Shown piece after piece: positions 1 through 11,850 of a DNA stretch of 64,000 nucleotides. Within the stretch, counting starts at the first letter, position 1, and every line of letters starts with the position of its first letter. The stretch is taken from positions 1,302,001-1,366,000 of the forward strand of contig CP145409.1 in the NCBI GenBank assembly GCA_036867785.1, in the 5' to 3' direction. The translations under genes were made by a program, and so were the position numbers. This DNA comes from Plasmodiophora brassicae. Lineage: Eukaryota. The notes under the pieces are model-generated. The model did no database searches and was not told the DNA's origin. It saw nothing but the letters and a program-made list of their open reading frames with translations.

Positions 1-161
1 TGGCCATTCCGGACTGACGAACTCAGGTCCAGCAAGTCGTATCGCTGCGAAACAATCCGCGCACAACGCACGGCGTTCGGTGTGCAGTTCAGGTTACTAT
101 TGCCGTCGCGCAGAAAAATTGCAGTTCGCAAACACCGTGACTGCCGCGTTCGACGACTGGG

Positions 162-1100
162 ATGTCGGTCGCGACTGTGCGCTGCGCAGCGTTCGAGACC
201 GTTGGGCGGTGTCTGGTTGCTGCACAAGATTTCGCTCCCGGCGATACCTGCCTGGTGGAGGCGCCGATCCTGGTCGGCACCTGGGCGGCATGCAATCGCG
301 CGTTCTCGTTGCTGGATGGCGAGCAACGGTCGATTGTGCTCGCGTTCTCCGGGGCCGATGACGAGGAGCAGCAGGATGATGCGATGCGAATCGCGAAACG
401 GTCGATTCCGCGGGAGGACTGGACGGAGACAACCGGTGACCTGATTCAGATTCTGCACAATAACTCGATTGATCTCGGCAATGGCATCGTCGGCCTGTTC
501 GCGCTGGCATCGCTTGCCGCGCATCACTGCCGGCCGAATATCGAGGGCACAGCCAGCTTCGATGGCGTGTCGTACCTGTGGACTGTGCGAGCTCTTCGGC
601 AGATCCGCAAGGGAGAGATCCTCGGATGGAATTACAATCTGTCTGATCGTGCCATGCTGTCCAGCACGGCGGTTAGACGCGACGAATTGCTCGAGCTTCG
701 TGGGTTCCTGTGCAGGTGCGACGCATGCACTTCGTTGGACTATCTGCGGTCGTTCCCGTGTCACAAGTGCGAAACTGGGTTCGTCGTTGGAGTTGATCGA
801 GGTCCCAGCCCGAGTTGTTCCACCTGCGGGGCGGGCCTTAGCGATGCTGCAGAGGCTGACGAGCGATCATTGTACTTCGAGATGATCGATAGCGAGCGCC
901 CTGATTGGGGATCGTTATGCGATCGCGCTCATGCGTCGCTTGGGCCGTACCATTCGATAACGGGGCGATGTGCAATTGAAGCATTCGCGTTGAACCGAGA
1001 ACAGCGGCACTCAGACCTAATCCAGCTGTTCCTGTCATCGCCGAGCATGGCCGATGCCGTTACTGCCAAGGAATACGTCGAGAAGCGCTTCCAGGTTTGA
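162..1100 (+). CDS. SET-domain (SMYD-like) lysine methyltransferase-family protein
   Basis: 312-aa intronless ORF. N-terminal GRCLVAAQDFAPGD split-SET motif, ASLAAHHCRPN (NHSCxPN-like), VRALRQIRKGEILGWNY, and post-SET RRDELLELRGFLCRCDAC. Confidence 0.8.
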   Translation: MSVATVRCAAFETVGRCLVAAQDFAPGDTCLVEAPILVGTWAACNRAFSLLDGEQRSIVLAFSGADDEEQQDDAMRIAKRSIPREDWTETTGDLIQILHNNSIDLGNGIVGLFALASLAAHHCRPNIEGTASFDGVSYLWTVRALRQIRKGEILGWNYNLSDRAMLSSTAVRRDELLELRGFLCRCDACTSLDYLRSFPCHKCETGFVVGVDRGPSPSCSTCGAGLSDAAEADERSLYFEMIDSERPDWGSLCDRAHASLGPYHSITGRCAIEAFALNREQRHSDLIQLFLSSPSMADAVTAKEYVEKRFQV

Positions 1101-1173
1101 CAGTAATAATTGTTTTAGAGCATACAGTATTCGAATTGGACAATGAATAGTGTCAATGAGCCGATGATACGAC

Positions 1174-2717
1174 TTAAGGGATTGCATCGAGGGCAGAGCG
1201 GAGGTCAGCCAGTATGTCTTCGACGGCTTCGATGCCAATGGAGAGCCGGACCATCGTATCGCTAATCCCGAGTACAGCCTATCCGAGCAATAAGTGAACG
1301 AATTCGTAGCGGGATTATGGACGGCAATACTCTCTGCTCAGGAGGCACTGAGGCGTGCGTCATTATAGCTGGATGCTCAGCAAGACATTCCACAGCCCCT
1401 GAACCCACACAATTCATCATCATCGCTGAGGCGCATATATCGGCAAGGCTTACCAAGGCTCTCGGCGCACTTGAACAGGTGCAGGTTTTCCAGGAATGTG
1501 CGGGACTCAGCAAGACCTCCCTTCAGATAGCAGGTGATCATGCCGCCGAATCCCCTCATCTGTTTCAGCGCAATGTCGTGCTGGGGATGCGACGCCAGCC
1601 CTGGGTATACGACCCTGCCAGGATATTTAGACGACCTGCACTGTACTGGGGGTGGGCACCGACCGGTCAATTTTCTCGTGGCTCTCCAGGAACTGAGCGA
1701 CAATCATGGAATTCTGGGAATGACGATCCATTCTAACCGCCAACGTCTTTGCGCCTCTCATAGCCATGTAACAGTCGAACGGGGCTGGAATGCCGCCGAT
1801 TGCTATGTGAAACTGCCTATCAATGACAGGGAGCCCGACTTCACAATTCACCGAACCGTTGTTAAAGAAGCTCAGGCGCTCGGCAATGCTCTCATTGCTG
1901 GTGACAGCGACGCCCATGACGACATCACTGTGACCGTTGATATACTTCGACACTGAATGCACAACAATATCGGCGCCGAGGTCGAGAGGAGACTGCAGGT
2001 AGGGCGACATGAACGTGTTGTCAACGACAACAATAAGCCCGTTGCGATGGGCGACCTCGGCCGCCTCGGCGATGTCGATTATCTTCAGAGTGGGATTCGT
2101 CGGCGTTTCCAACCACAGCATCTGCACAAACGTTGGGCATTATTCATATGCGACCGCGATTTCGATACGCTTACCTTCGTCTTAGGCGGCACGATGGCCT
2201 TTTGAAGTGAACCAGGTTTAGACAGATCAACGAAATCAAACTTCAGCTCCATGCAGGGTTTTGCAACGCGGTTGAAGAATCGATTTGTGCCTGCTCGCGA
2301 TGTCAGGCACATCGTTAGGGACGGAGCGGCCACCAGAATGGGCATACCACCGTAGACGTCGTCGACTGTGACAACATGGTCTCCTGGCCTGAGCAATCAC
2401 GTGTCAGCATCGACGGTGTCGCGTCAATAACGCCCTTCGTACTGGAGCAGGTGGAGAATGGTGGACGTGGCAGCACTGCCCGATGCGAACGCGAACCCGT
2501 ATTTGCCGTTCTCCAGATCGGCAATACAATCCTCGAACGCTTTTCGGGTCGGATTGCCCGACCGCGAGTACTCGTACCCGGTATGTACACCCGGCGACTT
2601 CTGCGCGAACGTCGACGCCAGGCTGATCGGCACGGTCACCGCCCCAGTCACCACGTCGGCCTTCTGGCCCGCGTGTATGCATCGCGTCGCCAACGACTGC
2701 TCCGTCCCACGCGTCAT
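1174..2717 (-). CDS. CTH: Cystathionine gamma-lyase (multi-exon)
   Basis: Exon fragments give ATRCIHAGQ, YEYSRSGNPTR, AFASGSAA, WLETPTNP, VVDNTF, PLP-lysine motif HSVSKYINGHSD, AESLG, HPAIMTHASVP and VRLSIGIE; they are separated by short GT-AG introns. Confidence 0.93.
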
Positions 2718-2996
2718 GGCACGGTTCGACCCGGCGTGACCGGAATTGCAAAATGCCAAAGTGGACTTGTTTTGTAGGGCATGTCGCGTCACGTGCGGCC
2801 CGCCAAATGGCCACCGGGGCCACCACTGACCAGCGTGGCCTATTTTGGTCAACGTGCGGGACCACGTTCCGCCACGTCGACTTTGCGGGCCGCAGGAAGG
2901 CGTGTTTCGGAAACGTCGGGTCCTGACCACTGAGGAAGGGATCGAAGTTCGGTACCGTTTATTATACAGGCAGTACAGTTGACGACGGTGTCGAGG

Positions 2997-4664
2997 ATGG
3001 CGATGAAGGCGCCGGTGCGCCTGTCCGAGAACTGGAAGTACCTGAAGCACCTGGTGAAGACCAAGCGGGTCACCATGTTGCACGATTCCGTCGCTTCCGT
3101 CGCCATGAAGAAACGAGAGAAGCTGCGTGCGAACCGCGAGGCGGGCATCGAGGACGATGTGGATGATGTGGATTCGGACAGCGGGGACGAGGGTACGAAA
3201 CTGAAACGGGCCGCCGTTGCCAACTTTAACGTCCGCCGTAAACTGGACGACGAGACGGAAATCCTGTGGGTTTCCTCGCCGCCGACGCCACGACATGCGG
3301 AGGCGCCATTACAGATGTATGCGTTCCACACGGCGGAAATGACGGGGCATAAGTCCCCGATCCTTCTCATGACCCAGAACCTGAACTTCGTCGTGACTTG
3401 TTCGAAGGACGAGACCTGCGTCTGGTGGAAGCAGCGATGGATGTTGGTGCATCGGCTGGAGTCTCCTCGGGTCTACAGCGCCTGCATGAGCACGAACATG
3501 CTGTTCCTGCGCGACGCCCAGTTTAACATCACGGTCTGGAACCCGGCCATCGGCCGCCTGCTCTACAAGCAGGCCGTTAGTGGTGACCGTGCCCCGTTCG
3601 GCGTCACCGACAAGCTCATGCTGGTTGCGGCCCACACCTGTGACATCATGGAGGTGTTCAACGTGCAAGCAGGCAGCATGTCCTGGGTCTGTATGATGGA
3701 GAACGAAGCGCACAAAGGCAAGATCGAGACGATGTCCTGCGCCGGGCGGTACTGCGTCACAGCGATCCAGAACGCTGGCTTCTTCCTGTGGTGCGTCGAC
3801 ATCGACTACCAGCGCTTCGCTCAGTGCGTCCGGCAATTCCCTTGTCCGGGTCGTGCTCGGATCCCGTGCTCGGTCGGCATCTCTGAAAGCCTCGACGGAT
3901 CCTTCATCGGGTCGTTCTTCGACGGCACGCTGTTGGTCGCCCCCGAGCACCACGAACCTCGTGAGTTTGGCAGTGCGGACAAGTTGCCACCGCCTGGCGA
4001 GGCGTTCACGATGAAGATCGAACACGACGTGGACCTGGGCGTCGTCGGGTCGTCGATGGCTGGGATCAGTCGGGACGGGCGGTTCGCGATGGCAGTCGTG
4101 GACGGTATGGGCGTCGTCACATACGACCTCCGACATCGATGCGTTCTGCATATCCTGAAGGATAACGAGTTGGCAACGGGACTCGGGATACTGTACACCA
4201 GGAAGGGGACGGTGAACGGGTACCAGATCGTGTGCGCAACACGAAACAAGGCTTTGTCGGTGTGGACAATCGAAGCTGTTGACCGAGTTCGTAGCACGTT
4301 CCTGATGTCGTTTCATGAGCGGGCCGGCCAGGGCAGTATCGTGCACACTGCCTGGGTACAGCAAGGGCAACCGCTGTATACGAAAGCGATCGGCAGCAAG
4401 CTGCTGGCGCTCATCTTTGCGATGGGCACACCGACGCCCGAGCCCGGCCAGGTCCAGACCGTCTGCGCGGAGGCGAAGAACGCCAACAACGAGTTCGACG
4501 CCGATGCGTTCGCACTCCACATCGACGACAACGAGCTGTGCGGCACGGATCCAACCGTCGAAATCGGCGAACCGCTCGTCCCATTCCCGCCCGGCGTTCA
4601 CAGCATGGCGGACGCTGCCACGGATTCGGCAACGTCTTGGATGAAACATCGAGACTCGCATTAG
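2997..4664 (+). CDS. Hypothetical WD40-like beta-propeller protein
   Basis: Long intronless ORF with degenerate WD repeats (GHKSPI...VTCSKDETCVWW; AHKGKI...; ATRNKALSVW). First ATG is at 2997. Confidence 0.6.
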   Translation: MAMKAPVRLSENWKYLKHLVKTKRVTMLHDSVASVAMKKREKLRANREAGIEDDVDDVDSDSGDEGTKLKRAAVANFNVRRKLDDETEILWVSSPPTPRHAEAPLQMYAFHTAEMTGHKSPILLMTQNLNFVVTCSKDETCVWWKQRWMLVHRLESPRVYSACMSTNMLFLRDAQFNITVWNPAIGRLLYKQAVSGDRAPFGVTDKLMLVAAHTCDIMEVFNVQAGSMSWVCMMENEAHKGKIETMSCAGRYCVTAIQNAGFFLWCVDIDYQRFAQCVRQFPCPGRARIPCSVGISESLDGSFIGSFFDGTLLVAPEHHEPREFGSADKLPPPGEAFTMKIEHDVDLGVVGSSMAGISRDGRFAMAVVDGMGVVTYDLRHRCVLHILKDNELATGLGILYTRKGTVNGYQIVCATRNKALSVWTIEAVDRVRSTFLMSFHERAGQGSIVHTAWVQQGQPLYTKAIGSKLLALIFAMGTPTPEPGQVQTVCAEAKNANNEFDADAFALHIDDNELCGTDPTVEIGEPLVPFPPGVHSMADAATDSATSWMKHRDSH

Positions 4665-4901
4665 GTAGACGAACCTTTGTTCGCGCATTTTGCCGTAGGC
4701 AGGGCAGGTAGGTAACGTCTCCCAGTGGCCGAAGCTGCACTTGGCAGCCTTGCCAGTGGACGCAGCACTTTGGCGGTGCCGGGGGAACTGCATGCAGCAT
4801 AAACACCGCCACAGTGGGAGAGCAGTCGCAGCTGCACCTCGGCAGAGGAGTGCGTGGCGCACTTTCCTGTCCTGTTGTTGCTGCCCGTCGGCGCTGCCAT
4901 C

Positions 4902-5456
4902 ATGAGCGGGCCTGCACGGTCGCCGGCGGGGAAGACGGCGCTGTCGTCGCGTGTCCTTGGCATGAAGTTCATGCGGCGTAAGGATGAGGCGGCACATCGG
5001 GACAATCTGCAACGCCAGCAGAGCACAGCGCTGGAGGCATCGCACTGGTCCGTTGCGTTGCCTCTCGCGACAGATGTTTGTTAACATCGTGTTTCTTCGT
5101 ATAGGGTCCTCGTGCCGTCTGCTATCGCCAACGTCAGTGCACAAACGGCAGATGACACCAAGTCCGAAGCACGCGTGCCAACTCGAAAGTCTTTCATGAG
5201 TTTCAATCCAGCAGTCGACAGTGCCCGCGAATCGTATCGGTCGGCGGCGGCAGCCGCTGACCTGGAACGCGACGCGGCGCGAGATTCGCTCTCCGACAAG
5301 GAATTGGCGGCTCGCTACGAGCGATACGTTGGCGGGCGCTCTGTGTCAGATGAACAGCCACCATCTAAGAAGCGGCAGAAGCGGAACAACAACGACAACC
5401 GGTCAACGTCTGAAATGAAACAATCGTCGTTTCGAAAGCCTAAACCGTTAATATAA
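4902..5456 (+). CDS. MPP6: M-phase phosphoprotein 6 (exosome cofactor)-like
   Basis: LSSRVLGMKFMRR and RKSFMSFNP motifs, joined by an inferred intron 5048-5104 (gtccgt...atag); C-terminal FRKPK. Confidence 0.75.
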
Positions 5457-5470
5457 TAACAATGGCGCCA

Positions 5471-8400
5471 CTACGATGTTGGTGTCCCCTGTGGTATTCG
5501 TGATGCGAGCGAATCGACAGCGGCCGCCAGCTGATCGACTTTGGATGACGTCGCTTTCATGTCGCCCTCCAGTGAGCGGCGCGCTGCGCTCTCCATGCGA
5601 AGTTTCGTTTCAATGCTCGCGCTGAGCTCATCCTTCGTCGTCGACACCATCGTCGTCAACGCTTCCACGTCCGCTTGTACGGTCGCAGCCTTCTCCACCG
5701 ACGTTCCGAACTTCCTCATCATGTCGTCGACGTTGCTGTTGATCGTGTTCACCTTGTCGATAACCCCCGATGCATCCCTCTTAGCATCCATGATGTCCAC
5801 TTTCACCTGGTCCAGTGACTTGGTCAGCGTGTCGACCTTCTCTCCGACGTCGGCACCCTGCTTCTCCAGCACTGACTTCATCGTCGCGTCGTCCGCCTTG
5901 GACCGGGCGTCCACTTCCGATTCCAGCTTCGTCTCTAGCGCCACCACCGCCTGATCGAGTCGATCACCGGCGAGCGTCCGCTCCCTGGCCTCGTTCGCCA
6001 GGCCGTCATCAAGACGGGCTACTTTGGACAGAACGTCGCCCAATTTCGCGTCGAGTGCGGTTTGGCTCTCAACGACTTTCGCCGACAGTTCGCGGAGGTC
6101 GAGGCCCGATCGCTCAGCGAGAGCACCCACCGTCGTATCGGTGTACGATCGCAGGTCGGCGATGAGTTTGGCGTCAACTTGTTCCCGAGATCCCGCCAAC
6201 TCAGCGAATTTCGCCTCGTTCTCCTTCCTGTTCTGGACCTCGTTGTCGAGTGCCGCATGCAAGGCGGTCAGCTTCTCGCCGATCTCAGCATCAGCGGCCT
6301 TGCGATCGCTGGCCTCACCTGATACCATAGCCATGGCGTCCACCATGTTCTTGTCCAACCTGGCGATGTCACTGGTGACGGCTTGCTGGATGTCGCTAAC
6401 AGCCGATGCCCTGGATGAGATCTCGCTCGAAACCCGCTCGTTGATTTCTTTCAGCTGCTCGTCAATGACAGAGTTTCTGTTTCGGATATCGTCCGAGAGT
6501 TTCGCATCCAAGTCTGCCACCTTGCGGTCGCATTCGGTGGCCCGGTCGCGAGCCTCCCCGTCTAGTCTGCCTTCGAACCTGCTCAAGGCCGCGTCGACCC
6601 GCTCGCCGCTTGCCATTCGCTCTTGGGCCTCGCTAGCAATCTTCCTGTCCAGCTGCTCGTCGCCGCTCTGTCGGCCCTGAATCTCCCCGTCCAGTCGCTT
6701 CTCAGCAGCATCGACCTGTGCGATCACGCAGTCGATCTGCGCCGAACGTTCGCGCACTTCGTCGGCGATATTTTTGTCCAGGTCGCGCATCACCCTGTCG
6801 ATCTCCGTGAACCGATCGCGGACATCGCCGTCCAGGCGGCTCTCGACGCCGGCCATCCTTGCCGCCAACCGGTCCGCCTCCGACGAACGTTCGCGCACTT
6901 CGTCGGCGATATTCTTGGCCAAGTCGCTCATCATCCTGTCGGTCGCCGCGAGCCGATCGCAGACGTCGCCGTCGAGTCTGCCTTCAACGCCGGCTATCGT
7001 CATCGTCAACCGATCGGTGTCTAATGCACGTTCGCGAGCTTCGTCTGCGACACGCGAGTCCAGGGCCGACACCTTTCTGTCGACATCGTCGAATCGCTCC
7101 CGAACGTCGCCGTCGAGTCTGCCCTCAACGCCGGCGAACCTCATTGCCACCAGCTCGACGCCTGCGGAACGCTCACTGATCTCGGACGCAAGCTTCGTGT
7201 CGAGCGCGGCGAGCGTCGCATTGACAGTGTCGTTATCAGCCTTGCGGTCGCGGGTCTCGCTGTCGACTTTCGCATCGATGCGCTGTACGTCCTGCGATCG
7301 CTCGAGAGACTCCCTCGCAAGCTTCCCGTCCAGTGTCGCAGTCGCGTCGGCGACGCGATCGACAGACGTGCAACGCGCGCGAATTTCGTCGCTGAGCTTC
7401 CGATCGGTTTCGACGACGGTGCCGTTGAGGCGCTCCTGGGCAGCAACCCTGTCCTTGATTTCAGCGTCGACTATGGCCGCAAGAGCCGTGATCTTCACGT
7501 CGCTGTCCTGGTCGGCCCTAGCGCGATCGCCAGATTCACCAGTCAGGCGCGCGTCGACCGTGTCAACCCGTGCCGCCATGGCGTTCAGGGCGTCAACGCG
7601 ATCCCGTACTTCGGACGCAATCTGGTCGCAGAGGTCGTCCGCCTTGGCATTCGCGTTCCTTGACGACTCTTCCCGAACGAGTACCTCTCTCGCAAGATCG
7701 TCCCCGTGCCTGACGAGCGTGGCGCTCAGCTCGCCGTCCGACGCGATTCGCTCCTGGGTCTCTTTGACGAGCTTCCCGTCCAGCTTCGCCAGCACCTGCT
7801 CCAGGAGCTTCACGTTCGATTGCCGATCGCGCGATTCCGACTCGAGCCGCGCCGACAGTTCACCTCGTAACGCGCACGCCTTCGAGTCGCTGTCCGCCCT
7901 GGCCTGCGCAATCTGCTGGTTGACGTTCTCGACGTCCTTCTGCGTCTCGGCACGCAGCGCCTCGTCCGCGTCCTGACGGGCGCGGCTTTCTGCCACGATC
8001 TCGTCGCGCAGCGCCTTCCGAACGTCGTCAATCGTCGTCAGCGTTGTCGATGATGTCTCCTCCAGGTCGGCGATGCGGCGGGCCAGCGCCTCGGCCGCGG
8101 CGGTGATCGTCCGCTCCAGGCGTCGCTGGGCGCCGGCAATCTCCTGGCAGCGTGCCTCGAACGTGTCCTGGATCTGGGCCGCCCTCTTGGTCAACCGGTC
8201 GACATCGTCGGCGCGGTCGCGCTGGACCCGATCCAGTCCTGTGTCGAGGCGCGTGTCCAGGCGCGCCACTGCCGACGCCGTCGTCTCGCCATGCGCCTTC
8301 CGCGTGCGAATCTGTGCAACGAACGCCCCGCTCAGCGGGTGGATCGCCTTCGTCACTGCGACAGTCGTTTTACCTCGGCGCGCAGCACCGCTTCCAGACG

Positions 8401-9321
8401 TCGCATGCCGCTGGACAACGACGCCACGGCGGCATCGATGTCGGCCTTCAGCCCGACGACGCGATGGTCAGCGTTCGTGTCCACCTCGCGCACCTGCTTC
8501 GAGAGGTCGTCGTTCGCAGCCGTGCACGCGGCGCGGCGCTTGGCAATCTCGCCGAGGATCTCGTCGCGTACCGCGTGCAGGTCAGCGGCAACCGCCTGGA
8601 GGTCATCGGCAACGGCGCGCTCCAGGTTGCCGAACAACTGGCGGGCCATTGCCGCGTTCGACGACGCGCCGTCGTCGACGCGGCGCTTCACGACGCGCAG
8701 GTCGTGACGGAGGGTCTCCAGTTGCACATCGACCGCTTGCCCTGATTGGCGCAGCCGCGAATCGATCATCGACCGCTGCCATTCCTGCATGCCCTCGTCG
8801 GCGGCGCGGGCCCTGCCGAACGCGGCGTGCACCGCTTTGATCTTGTCGTCGACCTCGACGGCCGTCACCACGGGCGGCAACGATGACGACGGGCGGACGA
8901 CGTCGTTCGCAGACGGGAGGCGCTGAGCGGGCGCCGATGATCGCTGCGACAGTTCTGCACGAAGCGCAACGGCGTCGTCGCGAAGCCTCGTGAATTCCGC
9001 CATCAGCGGGCGAACATCGGCCAGGAACTTGTGCTTGTCATGGTCCATGGCGCGTCGGAAGACGCGCATCGTGGCCTGGACGACATCGGACGAGTCGAAC
9101 GTGTCGCCGTCACTGCCTCCGGCGAGGCGATGCCGCAGGGCGATCTGCGACAGGAACTCCTCGTGCCTGGCGATCTGCGCCTGCATCGCCTGACGCTGGG
9201 TGATCTCACGTCGCAACGCAAACTTGAACTTGGACAGGACAGCGTCCAGTGCGCCACGATCGACACGTTCCGCGTCGATGGCCGATGGTGCCGGTCCCGC
9301 ATCCGTCGGCGTCGTCGACAT
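5471..9321 (-). CDS. Large (~1260 aa) repetitive coiled-coil protein, 2 exons
   Basis: ORFs 8353-9321 and 5471-8356 join in frame through a 62-nt intron at 8312-8373 (gtaaaa...ctgag...gcacag). LxxExxxRxxxD repeats occur throughout. Confidence 0.8.
6690..7120 (-). repeat. 141-bp (47-aa) intragenic tandem repeat, ~3 units
   Basis: RLDG(D/E) recurs every 141 nt; gaacgttcgcgcacttcgtcggcgatatt occurs near 6744 and 6885. Confidence 0.85.
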
Positions 9322-9542
9322 GACGAACCGGGTCTGTCACTACGAGGCACGCGGGCCCTCCAGATATTTCCGCTAGTCGGCTCTACGTTTAGAACGGCGC
9401 CCCTGGACCGATATCACGCCGCTGGGCAGCCCTCCTGGATCCCACGTCGGGTCAGCTTAAGAATGCGGACGCTCCGTTTAGCACCTTCCTGCTGAAACAG
9501 CTGAATGGATGAATGTATTGGTTGTCTACAGGCAGCATACGT

Positions 9543-10670
9543 TTAGAAGCACTTGCGGTGGACGATGGACGGGCCGGCCTCGTCGTACTCCTCCTTGGAG
9601 ACCCACATCTGCTGGAAGGTCGACAGCGACGACAGGATCGACCCGCCGATCCAGACCGAGTACTTGCGCTCGGGCGGGGCCACGACCTTGACGCGCATCG
9701 ACGACGGCGCCAGGGCGGCCACCTCCTTCTGCAGGCGCGTCGCCAGCCCGTCGTACATGGTGCTGCCGCCGGACATGACGATGTTCTCGTACAGGTCCTT
9801 GCGGATGTCGACGTCGCACTTCATGATCGACTGGTACGCCAGCTGGTGGATGCCCTCGGACTCGTTGCCGATCATGGACGGCTGGAAGAGGACCTCCGGG
9901 GCGCGGAACCGCTCGTTGCCGACCGTGATGACCTGGCCGTCGGGCAGCTCGTAGGCGCGCTCGACCTCGGACGACTGCTCCGAGTTGGACATCTCGGTGT
10001 CGAAGTCCTGCGCCACGTACGCCAGCTTCTCCTTGATGTCGCGGACGATCTCCCGCTCGGCCGTTGTCGTGAACGCGTACCCGCGCTCGGTCAGGATCTT
10101 CATCAGGTAGTCGGTGATGTCCCGGCCGGCAATGTCCAGGCGCTGGATGGCGTGCGGCAGGGCGTACCCTTCGTAGATGGGGACCGTGTGCGACACGCCG
10201 TCGCCCGCGTCCAGGACGATACCCGTCGTGCGGCCGGACGCGTACAGCGACAGGACGGCCTGGATGGCGACGTACATGGCCGGCGTGTTGAACGTCTCGA
10301 ACATGATCTGCGTCATCTTCTCGCGGTTGGCCTTCGGGTTCAGCGGCGCCTCCGTCAGCATGACCGGGTGCTCCTCGGGGGCCACGCGCAGCTCGTTGTA
10401 GAACGTGTGGTGCCAGATCTTCTCCATGTCGTCCCAGTTCGTCACGATGCCGTGCTCGATCGGGTACTTGAGCGTCAGGATGCCGCGCTTGGCCTGCGCC
10501 TCATCGCCGACGTACGCGTCCTTCTGCGTGGCACCCACCATGATGCCGACGTGGCGCGGGCGACCCACGATCGACGGGAACACGGCACGCGGGGCGTCGT
10601 CGCCCGCGAACCCGGCCTTGACCATGCCGGAGCCATTGTCGACCACCAGGGCCTGGACTTCGTCGGACAT
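9543..10670 (-). CDS. ACT1: Actin (intact, intronless, 375 aa)
   Basis: Canonical actin sequence [23 protein letters not shown]...IVHRKCF. Confidence 0.99.
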   Translation of the reverse strand: MSDEVQALVVDNGSGMVKAGFAGDDAPRAVFPSIVGRPRHVGIMVGATQKDAYVGDEAQAKRGILTLKYPIEHGIVTNWDDMEKIWHHTFYNELRVAPEEHPVMLTEAPLNPKANREKMTQIMFETFNTPAMYVAIQAVLSLYASGRTTGIVLDAGDGVSHTVPIYEGYALPHAIQRLDIAGRDITDYLMKILTERGYAFTTTAEREIVRDIKEKLAYVAQDFDTEMSNSEQSSEVERAYELPDGQVITVGNERFRAPEVLFQPSMIGNESEGIHQLAYQSIMKCDVDIRKDLYENIVMSGGSTMYDGLATRLQKEVAALAPSSMRVKVVAPPERKYSVWIGGSILSSLSTFQQMWVSKEEYDEAGPSIVHRKCF

Positions 10671-11458
10671 GTTGATGATGGGAGAGGGGTCGGCTTTGAC
10701 GAACTTGGCTGCGAAGGCTGGCGGTGCGTTTGCGGAATGCAGATCGTGCTGCCCTGAGGGGACGGGTAAACCTCGGCCGGTCGAGTCGCTCCACCCTCTG
10801 CGTTGTGTCCCGATTTAGGTCGGCATTGCTTCATGCACAGATTTAGCTCATCGTGCCGCGCGCGTTTCCAAGAATAGGACAACGACATCTGATGCGCGCA
10901 TCACCAGCCCAAGAGGTGGTGTCCGGCGTAGGCAAACCGTGGATGCGGCTGTAGAGTGTAGACCCAAACCGAAGCAAAGCACTTCATGCTGCTGTTGAAG
11001 GCGGACAACGGGTTCGCACGTCTGTCAGATGCCTTTGATGTCGACAGCTGGTATCCAGATCGGAATTGTTCAGTCGTCGGAATCGTCGCGTGCAGTCTGA
11101 TGACGACGTTTGCGAAGCGGACGGCGACGAAGTGCTTTTCAAGGCTTCTGTCCTTCGACACCGGACGCATCTGGCGATAATACCAAGCTCGTGACGAGCA
11201 CGAAGACATACCTGTCAACAATCATGCCCGGCTGTCGTTGGTCGCCTGCGTCGGCTATCAGGACTTCCACCTCACGGGTGCTCCCTAACGATGCACGGCC
11301 CATTTCGTGGGAATGGATGACAATGTAACCCTGATGTTGTATCTGACCCCGCCGAACTGTCTTCCCAAGAAGCAACGACTGCAGCAACCCCAGCGTGATA
11401 GTCGCAGCAATACACGCGTGCTTGTCAGGGCATGGTCGACGGCTGCCTGGCGAGTTCG

Positions 11459-11496
11459 TGGCGCCCACGCAGGGTAATGGCGCCCACGCAGGGTAA
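11459..11496 (-). repeat. 19-bp tandem direct repeat x2 in the 5S-actin spacer
   Basis: ttaccctgcgtgggcgcca x2 on the minus strand; mirror copy at 18821-18858. Confidence 0.9.
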
Positions 11497-11560
11497 CAGA
11501 CTGTCAGTACTGAGCTCCAGAGCGCATCACAACGATTACGTGATGTGTGTCTGAAAGGAC

Positions 11561-11565
11561 AAAAA
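11561..11565 (-). terminator. Pol III T5 terminator of 5S rRNA
   Basis: TTTTT on the minus strand just after the 5S 3' end. Confidence 0.8.
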
Positions 11566-11566
11566 G

Positions 11567-11687
11567 TGGTTACATCACCATGCGGTTCCCCGGTGGTCCC
11601 CCTCCCGAGTACTGGACAGGCCAAACACCATTTGGCTTCGCAATTCGGAATGAGATACGGCACATTCGGTGTTGTATGAACGTAACC
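11567..11687 (-). rRNA. 5S rRNA: 5S rRNA (copy 1)
   Basis: 121 nt with complementary ends (GGTTAC...GTAACC), CATAC, GAAGCCAA (box A-like), AGTACTCGGGAGGGGGACC (intermediate element/box C-like), GGGAA, and a following T-run. Confidence 0.9.
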
Positions 11688-11850
11688 ATCCGCATGTGGT
11701 CGCTGCGCCGTGTCTGGTGATGTCCCGCCCGGCCTGATGGTCCGGCATTGATGGGTTCCAGATTGAGCAGCAATCCGGGCGGACGTTCCCGGGGTCCGAG
11801 ACACCGACCACCATCCCTGAAACGGGACGGGGGTGTCGGGGCCTTGGAGC

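Larger units (their letters stand above)
9500..11687 (-). repeat. Left arm of 2.19-kb inverted repeat (5S rRNA + spacer + actin)
   Basis: Reverse complement of 18630-20816; only about 3 differences were spotted by eye. Confidence 0.95.

Noticed and set aside
3309-5144. 611-aa antisense ORF, and similar long shadow ORFs over actin, the coiled-coil gene and MPP-beta
   Set aside because: By-products of high GC3 codon bias on the opposite strand of real genes; no motifs.
8312-8373. Apparent frameshift or overlap between ORFs 8353-9321 and 5471-8356
   Set aside because: Explained by a canonical 62-nt GT-AG intron that restores the frame.
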